64,000 nucleotides of DNA from the NCBI GenBank assembly GCA_052390515.1, contig JBQTGV010000036.1, positions 1-64,000 of the forward strand, in the 5' to 3' direction. The stretch comes from Candidatus Eiseniibacteriota bacterium (lineage in GTDB: Bacteria > ARS69). Positions 38,764 to 47,830 of the stretch are shown here, one piece after another. Each line of letters opens with the position of its first letter. The first letter of the stretch is position 1. The translations under genes and the position numbers were made by a program. The notes under the pieces were generated by a model, which saw only the letters and a list, made by a program, of their open reading frames with translations, was not told the DNA's origin and searched no databases.

Positions 38764-40286
38764 GGCCGCGCGTGTCGGAGAAGACGGTTCCGGCCGTTCG
38801 CGTGCGCGAATGCAGTGAGGCGCCGATCCGAGCGAACGGCTCCTACGTGCTGTACTGGATGATCGCCGCGCGCCGCGCGCGCTGGAACTTCGCGCTGGAC
38901 CGGGCCGTGGAGCTGGCCCGCGAGCTGGGACGGCCGCTGCTCGTGCTCGAGGCGCTGCGCTGCGGCCACCGCTGGGCGAGCGATCGCATCCACCGCTTCG
39001 TGATCGACGGGATGCGCGACAACCGCACCGCGTTCGAGAAGTCCGGCGTGGCCTACTACCCCTACGTGGAGCCCGAGCACGGTGCCGCCCGCGGGATGCT
39101 CCACGTCCTGGCGGCCGACGCGTGTGTCGTGGTGACCGACGACTTCCCTTGCTTCTTCCTGCCGCGCATGGTGGCGTCGGCCGCGCGCCGTCTTCCGATC
39201 CGACTCGAGGCGGTGGACTCGAACGGGCTGCTGCCGCTTCGAGCGGCGGAGCGCGTCTACGGCCGCGCCGTCGACTTTCGCCGCTTCCTGCAGCGGGAGC
39301 TGCCGCGGCATCTGGACCACGGGCCGAGGAGCCGGCATCGCCCCGCCGCCCTGCCACGGCTCGACCGGCTGCCGCCGCAGGTGACGGAGCGCTGGCCGGC
39401 CGCCGACCTCGGCGGGCTAGCGAGAGCGACGGCTCTCGAGAACTTTCCGATCGATCACGCGGTTCGACCGGTACCGTTCGAGGGCGGCTCGCGGGCGGGT
39501 GAGCGAGCGCTTCGGTCGTTCCTGGGGGAGCGGATGGCGTCGTACGGGGCGGCCGGCGGCCGGCGGGACAGGGCGGGCAGCGGGCTGTCTCCGTACCTCC
39601 ACTTCGGACACGTCTCGCCGCACCAGATCCTGGCCGGTCTGGCCTCGCGCGAGGAGTGGAGCACGGAGTCCGTCGCCCGCCGGGCCGACGGGAAGCGGGA
39701 AGGATGGTGGGGCATGAGCCCGGCAGCGGAGGCCTGGCTGGAACAGCTCGTGACCTGGAGGGAGCTGGGCTACAACTTCTGCGCGCGTCGCGCGGACTAC
39801 GACCGCTTCGCCTCGCTGCCGTCGTGGGCACTGGACACGCTCGAGAAGCACGGCGGCGATCCGCGCCTCCACGTCTACACCGCCGAGCAGTTCGAGCACG
39901 CCGCCACCCACGACGAACTCTGGAACGCGGCGCAGGAACAGCTGCGCACCGAGGGGCGGATCCACAACTACCTGCGCATGCTCTGGGGGAAGAAGATCCT
40001 GCACTGGACCGCGGATCCCGAGCAGGCCGTCGAGATCATGATCGAGCTCAACAACAAGTACGCCATCGACGGGCGAAACCCGAACTCGTACAGTGGCATC
40101 TTCTGGACGCTCGGAAGGTATGACCGACCCTGGCCGGAGCGGCCGGTGTTCGGGACCGTCCGCGCCATGTCGAGCAGGAACACTCGCCGGAAAATGAACG
40201 TAGACGACTACGTGAACCGCTGGGGCGGAGCGCACGCCGCCGGCGGCCGCGCGAGCACCCCCACGAGGAGGGTCGGCGGCGAATGA
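38760..40286 (+). CDS. Deoxyribodipyrimidine photolyase (class II-like)
   Basis: VLYWM, SGLSPYLHFG, THDELWNAAQ, IHNYLRMLWGKK, DGRNPNSY. Confidence 0.9.
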   Translation: MRPRVSEKTVPAVRVRECSEAPIRANGSYVLYWMIAARRARWNFALDRAVELARELGRPLLVLEALRCGHRWASDRIHRFVIDGMRDNRTAFEKSGVAYYPYVEPEHGAARGMLHVLAADACVVVTDDFPCFFLPRMVASAARRLPIRLEAVDSNGLLPLRAAERVYGRAVDFRRFLQRELPRHLDHGPRSRHRPAALPRLDRLPPQVTERWPAADLGGLARATALENFPIDHAVRPVPFEGGSRAGERALRSFLGERMASYGAAGGRRDRAGSGLSPYLHFGHVSPHQILAGLASREEWSTESVARRADGKREGWWGMSPAAEAWLEQLVTWRELGYNFCARRADYDRFASLPSWALDTLEKHGGDPRLHVYTAEQFEHAATHDELWNAAQEQLRTEGRIHNYLRMLWGKKILHWTADPEQAVEIMIELNNKYAIDGRNPNSYSGIFWTLGRYDRPWPERPVFGTVRAMSSRNTRRKMNVDDYVNRWGGAHAAGGRASTPTRRVGGE

Positions 40287-41359
40287 TCTGGGTCTGGATC
40301 GCATTCATCTCGCTCGTGCTGGCGCTTCTGGCGCTGGATCTCGGCGTGTTCCACCGCCGCGCGCGGGAGGTGAGCGTGAGGGAGGCCGTCGGCTGGTCGG
40401 CCGTGTGGCTGACCCTCGGACTGAGCTTCTCCCTGTTCGTGCGCCTGGCGTACGACGCGAAGTGGTTCGGCCTCGGTGACACCGTCGACGCGACGGACGG
40501 GGCAGTGCTCGACGGCGCGGCCGCGATGGAGAAGTACCTGACCGGGTACATCGTCGAGAAGTCGCTCAGCGTCGACAACATCTTCGTGATCGCCGTGGTG
40601 TTCGGGTTCTTCGCCGTGCCGGCGATCTACCAGCACCGCGTGCTGTTCTGGGGCATACTCGGCGCGCTGCTGATGCGCGGTGTGATGATCGCCGTCGGCG
40701 CGAAGCTCATCGCCGAGTTCCACTGGGTGCTCTACGTCTTCGCCGCGTTCCTGATCCTGACCGGCCTCAAGATGCTGACGGCGAAGACGGAGCACTCCGA
40801 CCCGAACCGCAACATCGTGGTGCGGCTGACGCGCCGGCTCTTCCCGGTGACCGCGCGGCTGCACGGGGAGCACTTCGTGGTGCGGGCGGGGGATCCGTCC
40901 TCGTACGAGGCCGAGCTGCCCGGAAGACCGGCCGTTCCGGACGAGGTCGTGGACCGGGCGAAGCCGGGCACGCTGCTGCTCACGCCGCTCGCGCTGGCGC
41001 TGGTCATGGTGGAGACGACGGACCTCATCTTCGCGGTGGACTCGATCCCCGCGATCTTCGCCATCACCGCGGACCCGTTCCTGGTCTTCACCAGCAACGT
41101 CTTCGCCATCCTCGGGCTGCGGTCGCTGTACTTCGCCCTGGCCGGGATGGTCGGTAAGTTCAAGTACCTGAAGGCCGCCCTTGCGCTGGTGCTGGTGGTC
41201 GTGGGAGGGAAAATGCTGGTCGCCAAGCAGCTCAAGGCCGCGCTCGGGGAGAGCTTCAACCTGTGGCTGCTGGCCGTGGTGCTGTCGATCCTAGCGTGCG
41301 GGGTCGGCGCATCCCTGATCTCGGAACGCCGGGCGACGCGACGCGCGGCGGCCCGCTGA
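40283..41359 (+). CDS. TerC/Alx family membrane protein
   Basis: EKSLSVDNIFV, QHRVLFWG, DLIFAVDSIPA, SNVFAILGLR. Confidence 0.95.
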   Translation: MIWVWIAFISLVLALLALDLGVFHRRAREVSVREAVGWSAVWLTLGLSFSLFVRLAYDAKWFGLGDTVDATDGAVLDGAAAMEKYLTGYIVEKSLSVDNIFVIAVVFGFFAVPAIYQHRVLFWGILGALLMRGVMIAVGAKLIAEFHWVLYVFAAFLILTGLKMLTAKTEHSDPNRNIVVRLTRRLFPVTARLHGEHFVVRAGDPSSYEAELPGRPAVPDEVVDRAKPGTLLLTPLALALVMVETTDLIFAVDSIPAIFAITADPFLVFTSNVFAILGLRSLYFALAGMVGKFKYLKAALALVLVVVGGKMLVAKQLKAALGESFNLWLLAVVLSILACGVGASLISERRATRRAAAR

Positions 41360-41395
41360 CTCGCCCGCAAGGACAGAATCGAGGAGGGTTCGCCC

Positions 41396-41824
41396 ATGGA
41401 TCGCACGGCGGAAGCGAAGTGGAACGGGGATCTCAAGTCCGGGCGAGGCACGGTGCGGGTCGGAAGCGGAGCCTTCGAAGGACCGTACTCCTTCACGAGC
41501 CGCTTCGAGAGCGGATCGGGGACCAACCCGGAGGAGCTGCTCGGCGCGGCGCACGCCGGCTGCTTCTCGATGGCGCTGTCGCACGCGCTGGCGACGAGCG
41601 GCCACGTACCCACCAGCGTGACGACGAAGGCCACGGTGCACCTGGCGAAGGTCGGGGCCGCCTTCGCCATCACCGGGATCGACCTCAGCACGCGGGGCGT
41701 CGTGCCCGGGCTGACCGCCGCGGAGTTCCAGCGCTTCGCGGAGGACGCGAAAGTAGACTGCATCGTGTCGAGGGCGCTCGCCTCGGTACCGATGCGCCTG
41801 GACGCGCAGCTCTCGGAGCCCTGA
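41396..41824 (+). CDS. osmC: OsmC family peroxiredoxin
   Basis: SRFE…GTNPEELLGAAHAGCFSMAL…CIVSRAL. Confidence 0.9.
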   Translation: MDRTAEAKWNGDLKSGRGTVRVGSGAFEGPYSFTSRFESGSGTNPEELLGAAHAGCFSMALSHALATSGHVPTSVTTKATVHLAKVGAAFAITGIDLSTRGVVPGLTAAEFQRFAEDAKVDCIVSRALASVPMRLDAQLSEP

Positions 41825-41850
41825 CAGAAGGCACTCCGGAAGGAGGGACG

Positions 41851-42216
41851 ATGATCCGCGGACTTCGCACGGCGATCTATCCGACGCCGGATCTCGCCCG
41901 GGGCAAGGCGTGGTACCGGAAGGTGCTCGAGCGGGAGCCGTATTTCGATCAGCCGTTCTACGTGGGCTTCGCGGTCGGCGGCTTCGAGCTCGGGTTGATT
42001 CCGGACGGGGAGCCCGGCGCCGGCGGGGTGCAGGCCTACTGGGGAGTTCCGGACGCCGCCGCGGAAGTCGCGCGCTTGACGGCGCTCGGCGGGCAGGTGC
42101 ACGCGCCGGTCAAGGACGTCGGCGAAGGCATCAAAGTGGCGTCGGTCCGGGATCCGTTCGGCAACGTCTTCGGGATCATCGAGAACCCGCACTTCGACCC
42201 GGCCGAAGTGCGATGA
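41851..42216 (+). CDS. VOC/glyoxalase family protein
   Basis: GLRTAIY…PYFDQPFYVGF…DPFGNVFG. Confidence 0.9.
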   Translation: MIRGLRTAIYPTPDLARGKAWYRKVLEREPYFDQPFYVGFAVGGFELGLIPDGEPGAGGVQAYWGVPDAAAEVARLTALGGQVHAPVKDVGEGIKVASVRDPFGNVFGIIENPHFDPAEVR

Positions 42217-42247
42217 CGAGCGCGGCCCGCGCGGCGGATGCGCGCGG

Positions 42248-42688
42248 ATGAGCACGCCGGCGACCAACGCGGGCTGGGCGATCCGCCCTCTCGGCGCGGA
42301 CGACGCCGAGGCGGTGCGGCAGTTGTGGGCGTCCACCGAGGGACTGGGCGTGGGACCCGGCGACACGCCGGAATCCCTCGGCCGCTTCGTGGAACGCAAC
42401 CCCGGCCTCTCACTCGTGGCGGTGGACGCCGGTCGGATCGTCGCGGCGGTCCTGTGTGGGCACGACGGCCGCCGCGGGACCATCTATCGCCTCGCGGTGG
42501 CGGCGACGCACCGTCGCGGCGGCGTCGCGACGGCGCTCGTGACGCGCTGTCTGTCGGGCCTGCGCGCCCAGGGAATCGTGAAGTGCCACGCGTTCGTTCT
42601 CACGGACAACGACGACGCCGGTCGATTCTGGGCGGCCGTCGGTGCTCGGGCGCGCACCGACCTGGTGATGCACTCCATGCCGACCTGA
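42248..42688 (+). CDS. GNAT N-acetyltransferase (YpeA-like)
   Basis: RNPGLSLVA, CGHDGRRG, RRGGVA. Confidence 0.9.
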   Translation: MSTPATNAGWAIRPLGADDAEAVRQLWASTEGLGVGPGDTPESLGRFVERNPGLSLVAVDAGRIVAAVLCGHDGRRGTIYRLAVAATHRRGGVATALVTRCLSGLRAQGIVKCHAFVLTDNDDAGRFWAAVGARARTDLVMHSMPT

Positions 42689-42700
42689 CGAGGGCGCCCG

Positions 42701-43507
42701 ATGTCGTCCACGATCGCATCGCTCGCTCCGACCGTCGCGCGGCTGTTCGGCGCGGCCCCGCCCGGGCTGGCCGGGGAGCCGCCGCTCGCCGCGGTCCTGG
42801 ATGGCCGGGAGCGCGTGATGAGAGGCGAGCCGATCGAACGCTGCCTCGTGTTCTGTCCGGACGCGCTCGGCGCCGGGATCTGGGGGCGATGCCCCGAGCT
42901 GGCCGGCTCCGTCACGAAGCACGCCGGACTGTGCGTTCTCCTGTCGTCGGTTCTGCCGCCCCGGACGCCGGTCTGCTTCGCCTCCATGTTCACCGGCGGG
43001 CAGCCCGAACAGCACGGCATCCGCACCTACGAGCGCCCGGTCCTGACCTGCGACACGCTGTTCGACGCGCTGGCGCGGGTGGGCAGGAGGACGGCGATCG
43101 TCGCGGTCGAGCGGAGCAGCATCGACCTCATCTTCCGGGGCCGGGACATCGACTACTGGTCCGAGCGATACGACGCCGAGGTCCTGGAGCGCGCGATCAC
43201 AGTCGTCGGCGACGACCGGCACGATCTGGTCGTCGTCTACCAGCAGGAGTACGATGACCGCTTGCACGAGACGGAGCCGTTCTCGGAAGCGTGCCTCCGT
43301 GCGGTGGAGCGTCACGTCGGCGCGTTCGTGACGCTCGCGGAGACGGTCTCCCGGGCGTGGCGCCGGCATCACCGCGCCGTCGTCTTCGCTCCGGATCACG
43401 GGGCTCACTTCGACCCGCAGACCGGACGCGGCGATCACGGTCTGGACATCGCCGAGGACATGGAAGTGTCCCACTGGTACGGCCTGAGTGCGGGGGAGCG
43501 GAAGTGA
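42701..43507 (+). CDS. Alkaline phosphatase/nucleotide pyrophosphatase superfamily protein
   Basis: PDALG, T…TGxxPxxHGI, DDRLH, PDHG, DH. Confidence 0.75.
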   Translation: MSSTIASLAPTVARLFGAAPPGLAGEPPLAAVLDGRERVMRGEPIERCLVFCPDALGAGIWGRCPELAGSVTKHAGLCVLLSSVLPPRTPVCFASMFTGGQPEQHGIRTYERPVLTCDTLFDALARVGRRTAIVAVERSSIDLIFRGRDIDYWSERYDAEVLERAITVVGDDRHDLVVVYQQEYDDRLHETEPFSEACLRAVERHVGAFVTLAETVSRAWRRHHRAVVFAPDHGAHFDPQTGRGDHGLDIAEDMEVSHWYGLSAGERK

Positions 43508-43953
43508 GCGCCGTGCGCGTCGTCGCTGCCGGCGCTGCCGCGGCGTTCGCGTGGTGGATCGGGCTGATCCTCGTGTTCGGGCCCGCTCAGGCGCTGCTCG
43601 CCGATCCGGATCTGCAGAGTGCGAAGTTCCTCGCCGCGTTCTCGGAGCCGCCGCTCCCGCGAATGGCCGAGCAGCCCGTCGTGCTCCCGATCGGGCTCCT
43701 CGTCATCGGACTGGTCCACGCCCTGGCGTACCGCTGGGCGGGCCGCAGGTTCCCGGGGCCGCCGTGGCGGCGCGGGCTCGCGTTCGGGGCGCTGGCCTGG
43801 GCGCTGATGGTTCCCTGGTTCGAGTTTTACCTGCCGTGGAACGTGATGCTCGAACCGCTGCCGCTCGTGCTGCTGGAGGCCGCCTGTTGGTTCCTGGTCC
43901 TTCTCCTCGTCGGCGTGGTGACCGCGGTCGTCCACGACGCAGCGCGCCGCTGA
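43504..43953 (+). CDS. Hypothetical membrane protein
   Basis: Four hydrophobic helices; GTGA overlap with the upstream gene. Confidence 0.75.
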   Translation: MSAVRVVAAGAAAAFAWWIGLILVFGPAQALLADPDLQSAKFLAAFSEPPLPRMAEQPVVLPIGLLVIGLVHALAYRWAGRRFPGPPWRRGLAFGALAWALMVPWFEFYLPWNVMLEPLPLVLLEAACWFLVLLLVGVVTAVVHDAARR

Positions 43954-44007
43954 TTTCGAGCCGCGTGGTATCTTTCCGGGGTCTATCCACTGGAGGGAAG
44001 GTGAGCC

Positions 44008-44553
44008 ATGTCCGAGTTCGCGAATCCCGCGGTCGGGGCGCCGGACCAAGCGCACGCGTACACCACCGCCATCCTCGGCATCCTCGGCCAGCGCGACCCC
44101 TTCGACGTGCTCCGAAAGACGCCCGCGGAGCTGCGCAGCGCGGCATCCGGCGTGCCGCCGGCACTGCTCTCCACTCCGGAGAAGCCCGGCAAGTGGTCGA
44201 TGCTGCAGGTCGTGCAGCACCTCGCGGACACGGAGATGGTCGGCGGTTTCCGCTGGCGGATGATCCTGGCCGAGGACAGGCCGAAGCTGCAGGGCTTCGA
44301 CCAGGATCTCTGGGCCGAGCGGCTGCGCTACGCGGAGTCCGACCTCGCGACGGCGCTCGGCCAGTTCGAGGCGCTCCGCCGCGCGAACCTCGCCGTCCTG
44401 GAGCGCACGTCTCCGCGCGAGCGCGAGCGCATCGGCCTGCACTCGGAGCGCGGCGAGGAGAGCGTCGCGCACATGATCCGCATGTACGCCGGCCACGACC
44501 TTGCTCATCTCCGCCAGATCGCGCGCGTGCGTCGGGCGGTCACCGGGAGCTGA
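44008..44553 (+). CDS. DinB family protein
   Basis: PGKWSMLQVVQHLAD…FDQDLW…GHDLAH; same subfamily as 4055-4675. Confidence 0.9.
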   Translation: MSEFANPAVGAPDQAHAYTTAILGILGQRDPFDVLRKTPAELRSAASGVPPALLSTPEKPGKWSMLQVVQHLADTEMVGGFRWRMILAEDRPKLQGFDQDLWAERLRYAESDLATALGQFEALRRANLAVLERTSPRERERIGLHSERGEESVAHMIRMYAGHDLAHLRQIARVRRAVTGS

Positions 44554-44556
44554 CTC

Positions 44557-45543
44557 CTGCCACCGCTCACCAGGCGCTTCGTCGGGCTCGCGCTTCTGGC
44601 GGGCGCGGTGTGGGGTGTGGTCGCGCTGGCGCTCGGTCACCGCGCCCTGGGTAGGCCGATCTGGGGAGGCGTGATCGCATCACCCCTCATCGGGGTGGCG
44701 GTCGGCGTCGGCTTCCGCTGGACGCGGGGCCTGGGAACGGCGCCTCGGGTGCTCGCGTCTCTGCTCAGCCTGTGCGTCGCGGCCACACTGTTCGGCTTGG
44801 CGGTGGGCCTGTTCGATCTCGCCAGCGGAGCGCCGCGGCGCGTGGTGAGCGAAGTGATCCTGCAGCCCGTGCCCGCGGTCCTCTGGGCCGTCACCATCGG
44901 CGGCTTCTTCCTGTTCCTCTGGCCGATGTCGTACGCGAGTCACGCGCTGCTCGACCGCGTCTCCGACGTCGCCCCCCGCGCACGCATCGACTCCGACTCC
45001 GTCGGGGATCCCTGGCGATACCGCACGCTGGACGATCTGGGGAGCGCGCTCGAGCGCCTGCCGGCGGCGCCGCGGGACCAAGGGCGCGTCTCGTTGATCG
45101 TCCGGCGGGGCGAAGGCGGCCGCCGCGAGATCGTGCGGCGGATCCGGCTGACGCCGGAGGAAGGCGTCCCCGGCGACGCGTGGGGCCGGCAGGACGACGC
45201 GAACCCCGAGGCGCAGATCGCCGTGATGCAGACCGGCGTGGCCTCGCTCATCGCCAACGGCCAGCCGCTGGAGCTCTTCGGCGACAACCTGTTCGTCGAG
45301 CTCGATCTCTCCAGGGGGAACCTGCCGGAGGGCGCGCGGCTCCGCGCCGGCGGCGCGACACTCATGGTGACGCCCAAACCCCACAACGGCTGCAGGAAGT
45401 TCAGGGCCCGTTTCGGGGACGACGCGTTGCGCTTCGTCTCCAAGCCGGAGCAGCGGCATCTCAACCTGCGCGGAATCTACCTTCGCGTCACGGAGTCGGG
45501 CGAAGTGCGCCAGGGCGATGTCGTCGAGATCCTCCAGCGATAG
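44557..45543 (+). CDS. 4-TM membrane domain fused to a MOSC domain (start uncertain: CTG 44557 or GTG 44608)
   Basis: Hydrophobic N-terminal half; then GDNLFVELDLS…NL…PHNGCRKF…LRGIY…GEVRQGD. Confidence 0.75.
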   Translation: MPPLTRRFVGLALLAGAVWGVVALALGHRALGRPIWGGVIASPLIGVAVGVGFRWTRGLGTAPRVLASLLSLCVAATLFGLAVGLFDLASGAPRRVVSEVILQPVPAVLWAVTIGGFFLFLWPMSYASHALLDRVSDVAPRARIDSDSVGDPWRYRTLDDLGSALERLPAAPRDQGRVSLIVRRGEGGRREIVRRIRLTPEEGVPGDAWGRQDDANPEAQIAVMQTGVASLIANGQPLELFGDNLFVELDLSRGNLPEGARLRAGGATLMVTPKPHNGCRKFRARFGDDALRFVSKPEQRHLNLRGIYLRVTESGEVRQGDVVEILQR

Positions 45544-45552
45544 GGGGGTGAC

Positions 45553-46041
45553 ATGACGCGTTCCGGAATCGACCCGCGCGTGGACATCGGCCACGTGCAC
45601 CTCAAGGTCGCGGATCTCGAGCGGGCGCTGGCGTTCTACTGCGGCGTCCTCGGCTTCGAGCTGACGCAGAAGATGGGCGATCAGGCGGCGTTCGTCAGCG
45701 CCGGCGGATATCATCATCATATCGGGCTGAACACGTGGGAGAGTCTGCGCGGCGCGCCGCCGCCGCGAGGGTCGACCGGGCTCTATCACCTGGCCATCCG
45801 CTATCCCGACCGCGCCAGTCTGGCGGACGCGCTGCGGCGCGTTCGGGCGGCGGGGATTCCGCTCGACGGCGCCGCGGACCACGGGGTCAGCGAGGCGCTC
45901 TACTTGCGGGATCCGGACGGAAAAGGCGTCGAGCTGTACCGGGATCGCCCTCGCGAGGAGTGGCCGCGCACCACGAGCGGCGAGCTCTCCATGTACACCC
46001 GCCCGCTCGATCTCGTCGGGCTCCTGTCCGTGCTCGAGTGA
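45553..46041 (+). CDS. VOC family protein (CatE-like)
   Basis: IGHVHLKVADL, GGYHHHIGLNTW, DHGVSEALYLRDPDG. Confidence 0.9.
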   Translation: MTRSGIDPRVDIGHVHLKVADLERALAFYCGVLGFELTQKMGDQAAFVSAGGYHHHIGLNTWESLRGAPPPRGSTGLYHLAIRYPDRASLADALRRVRAAGIPLDGAADHGVSEALYLRDPDGKGVELYRDRPREEWPRTTSGELSMYTRPLDLVGLLSVLE

Positions 46042-46048
46042 CTTCGCC

Positions 46049-46819
46049 GTGAGCGTCCGCTACGACGAGGAGTCGGCCGACTACCGCGATCTGTGGGCGC
46101 CGGTCCTGCGCACGGCCGGCCTTCGCCTCCTTTCCGCACTGGGTGGCGCCGGAACGAAGCGGATCCTCGACGTCGGCACCGGGGTGGGGACGCTCCTCCC
46201 GGACCTCGAGGCGAAGTTCCCCGGCTCGCTCCTCGTCGCGGTGGACCGGTCCGCCGGGATGCTTCGGCTGGCACCGTCCCGTTTCGCCCGCGTGGTGATG
46301 GACGCGGGCAACCTCGCCGTGGCGTCGGCCAGCGTCGACCTCGCGCTGCTCGCCTTCATGCTCTTCCACATGTCGTCGCCGCGGGACGCCCTGGCGCACG
46401 TTCGCCGTGCGCTTCGCCCGGGGGGCCGAGCAGGCCTCGTGACGTGGCGCCGCGAGCTCGCCTCCCCCGCGATACGCATCTGGACGGACTGTCTCGACCG
46501 GCATGGCGCCGCGCCCATCGATCCGGCCACGGAAACGCGACACGAGGCCCTCGATTCCCCCGGCAAGCTAGAGGCCCTGCTGCGAGAGAGCGGTTTCCAC
46601 GATGTCACGGCGTGGGACGAGGAGCTGGCGCACTCGATCGGCTCGGAGCACCTCCTGCTCCTCCGGACCCGGATGGGCTCCTCGCGGGACCGCTTCGAGA
46701 GCCTCGGATCGGACGCGCAGGCGAGCTGCGTGGCGGAGGCCCGACGCCGGATGGGCGCGCTCGGGACCGCGGACTTCGTCGCGCGCGGGAGGGTGGTCTA
46801 CGCCGTCGGCCGTGCATGA
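46049..46819 (+). CDS. Class I SAM-dependent methyltransferase
   Basis: ILDVGTGVG, LRPGG. Confidence 0.85.
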   Translation: MSVRYDEESADYRDLWAPVLRTAGLRLLSALGGAGTKRILDVGTGVGTLLPDLEAKFPGSLLVAVDRSAGMLRLAPSRFARVVMDAGNLAVASASVDLALLAFMLFHMSSPRDALAHVRRALRPGGRAGLVTWRRELASPAIRIWTDCLDRHGAAPIDPATETRHEALDSPGKLEALLRESGFHDVTAWDEELAHSIGSEHLLLLRTRMGSSRDRFESLGSDAQASCVAEARRRMGALGTADFVARGRVVYAVGRA

Positions 46820-46848
46820 GCTCCGGCGAACCTGCTATCGTTGCGCGC

Positions 46849-47466
46849 ATGAGTACCCGCGAGCACTGGGAGTCGGTCTACCGGCGCAAGTCGCCCGGCG
46901 ACGTGAGCTGGTATCGCCCTCACCTGGATCGTTCGCTCGAGTTCATCGGGGCCGCGCGTCTCGCCCGTGGTGCGGCCATCGTCGACGTCGGGGGCGGCAC
47001 GTCGACGCTCGTCGACGATCTGCTGGAGCTGGACTTCACCGATGTCGCCGTCCTGGACATCTCCGAGGCCGCGGTGACGGCGGCGAAGCAACGACTCGGC
47101 GAGCGGGCGGAGCGCGCCGCATGGATCGTCGGCGACGTGACGCAGGTGGAGCTGCCCGAACACCGCTGGGACTTCTGGCACGACCGAGCCGTGTTCCACT
47201 TCCTCATGGACGAGATAGCGAGACACCGCTACATCGCCGCCGTCGGCCGTGCACTGAAACCGGGCGGTCACATCGTCGTCGCCACGTTCGGTCCGGAGGG
47301 GCCGACCCGTTGCAGCGGTCTCGAGGTGATGCGCTACTCCCCGGACTCGCTGCACGGGGAGTTCGGTCCGAGCTTCGAGAAGATCGGTAGTGCCGTAGAG
47401 ACTCACGTGACGCCGTGGGGGTCCGAGCAGGAGTTCATCTATTGCTTCTGCCGGATGCCGCGGTAG
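46849..47466 (+). CDS. Class I SAM-dependent methyltransferase
   Basis: HWESVY…VSWY, VDVGGGTS, WHDRAVFHFL (alternative ATG 46816). Confidence 0.9.
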   Translation: MSTREHWESVYRRKSPGDVSWYRPHLDRSLEFIGAARLARGAAIVDVGGGTSTLVDDLLELDFTDVAVLDISEAAVTAAKQRLGERAERAAWIVGDVTQVELPEHRWDFWHDRAVFHFLMDEIARHRYIAAVGRALKPGGHIVVATFGPEGPTRCSGLEVMRYSPDSLHGEFGPSFEKIGSAVETHVTPWGSEQEFIYCFCRMPR

Positions 47467-47573
47467 TACCAGAGGTGTCACCGCTCGCCGCGACTGGCCC
47501 GCCGTAGCGCGCCGTTGACCTGCGTGGATCTCGCCGGTACCCTCGGCACGGCCGATGTCGTGTGGAGGAAGGG

Positions 47574-47819
47574 ATGGATGCCGAGCAGCTGCGCGCCTTG
47601 CAGGCGCCTCTGAAGGAGCGCTACCGGAAGGATCCCGGCGCCGCGCGAATCACCTTGTGCTCCGAGGGCCGCGTCGGCGAAGGCGTCACCTGCTGCACGG
47701 ACGCCGCGCCCGAGGAAGTGCGGACGCTGCTGCGCCTCACCGAGCGCTACTGCGTCGTGTACCAGACGCTGTGTCGGGCTCCCGAAATCGCGGTCTCGTA
47801 CGAGACGTCGGCCGGCTGA
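47574..47819 (+). pseudogene. OsmC-like protein with in-frame internal deletion
   Basis: LRALQAPLKERY…GVTC joined to TDA…LTERYCVVYQTL; central Cys region absent. Confidence 0.7.
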
Positions 47820-47830
47820 TCGGAACCACG

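Noticed and set aside
40200-40283. yybP-ykoY riboswitch upstream of the TerC gene
   Set aside because: No leader exists; TerC overlaps the photolyase stop.
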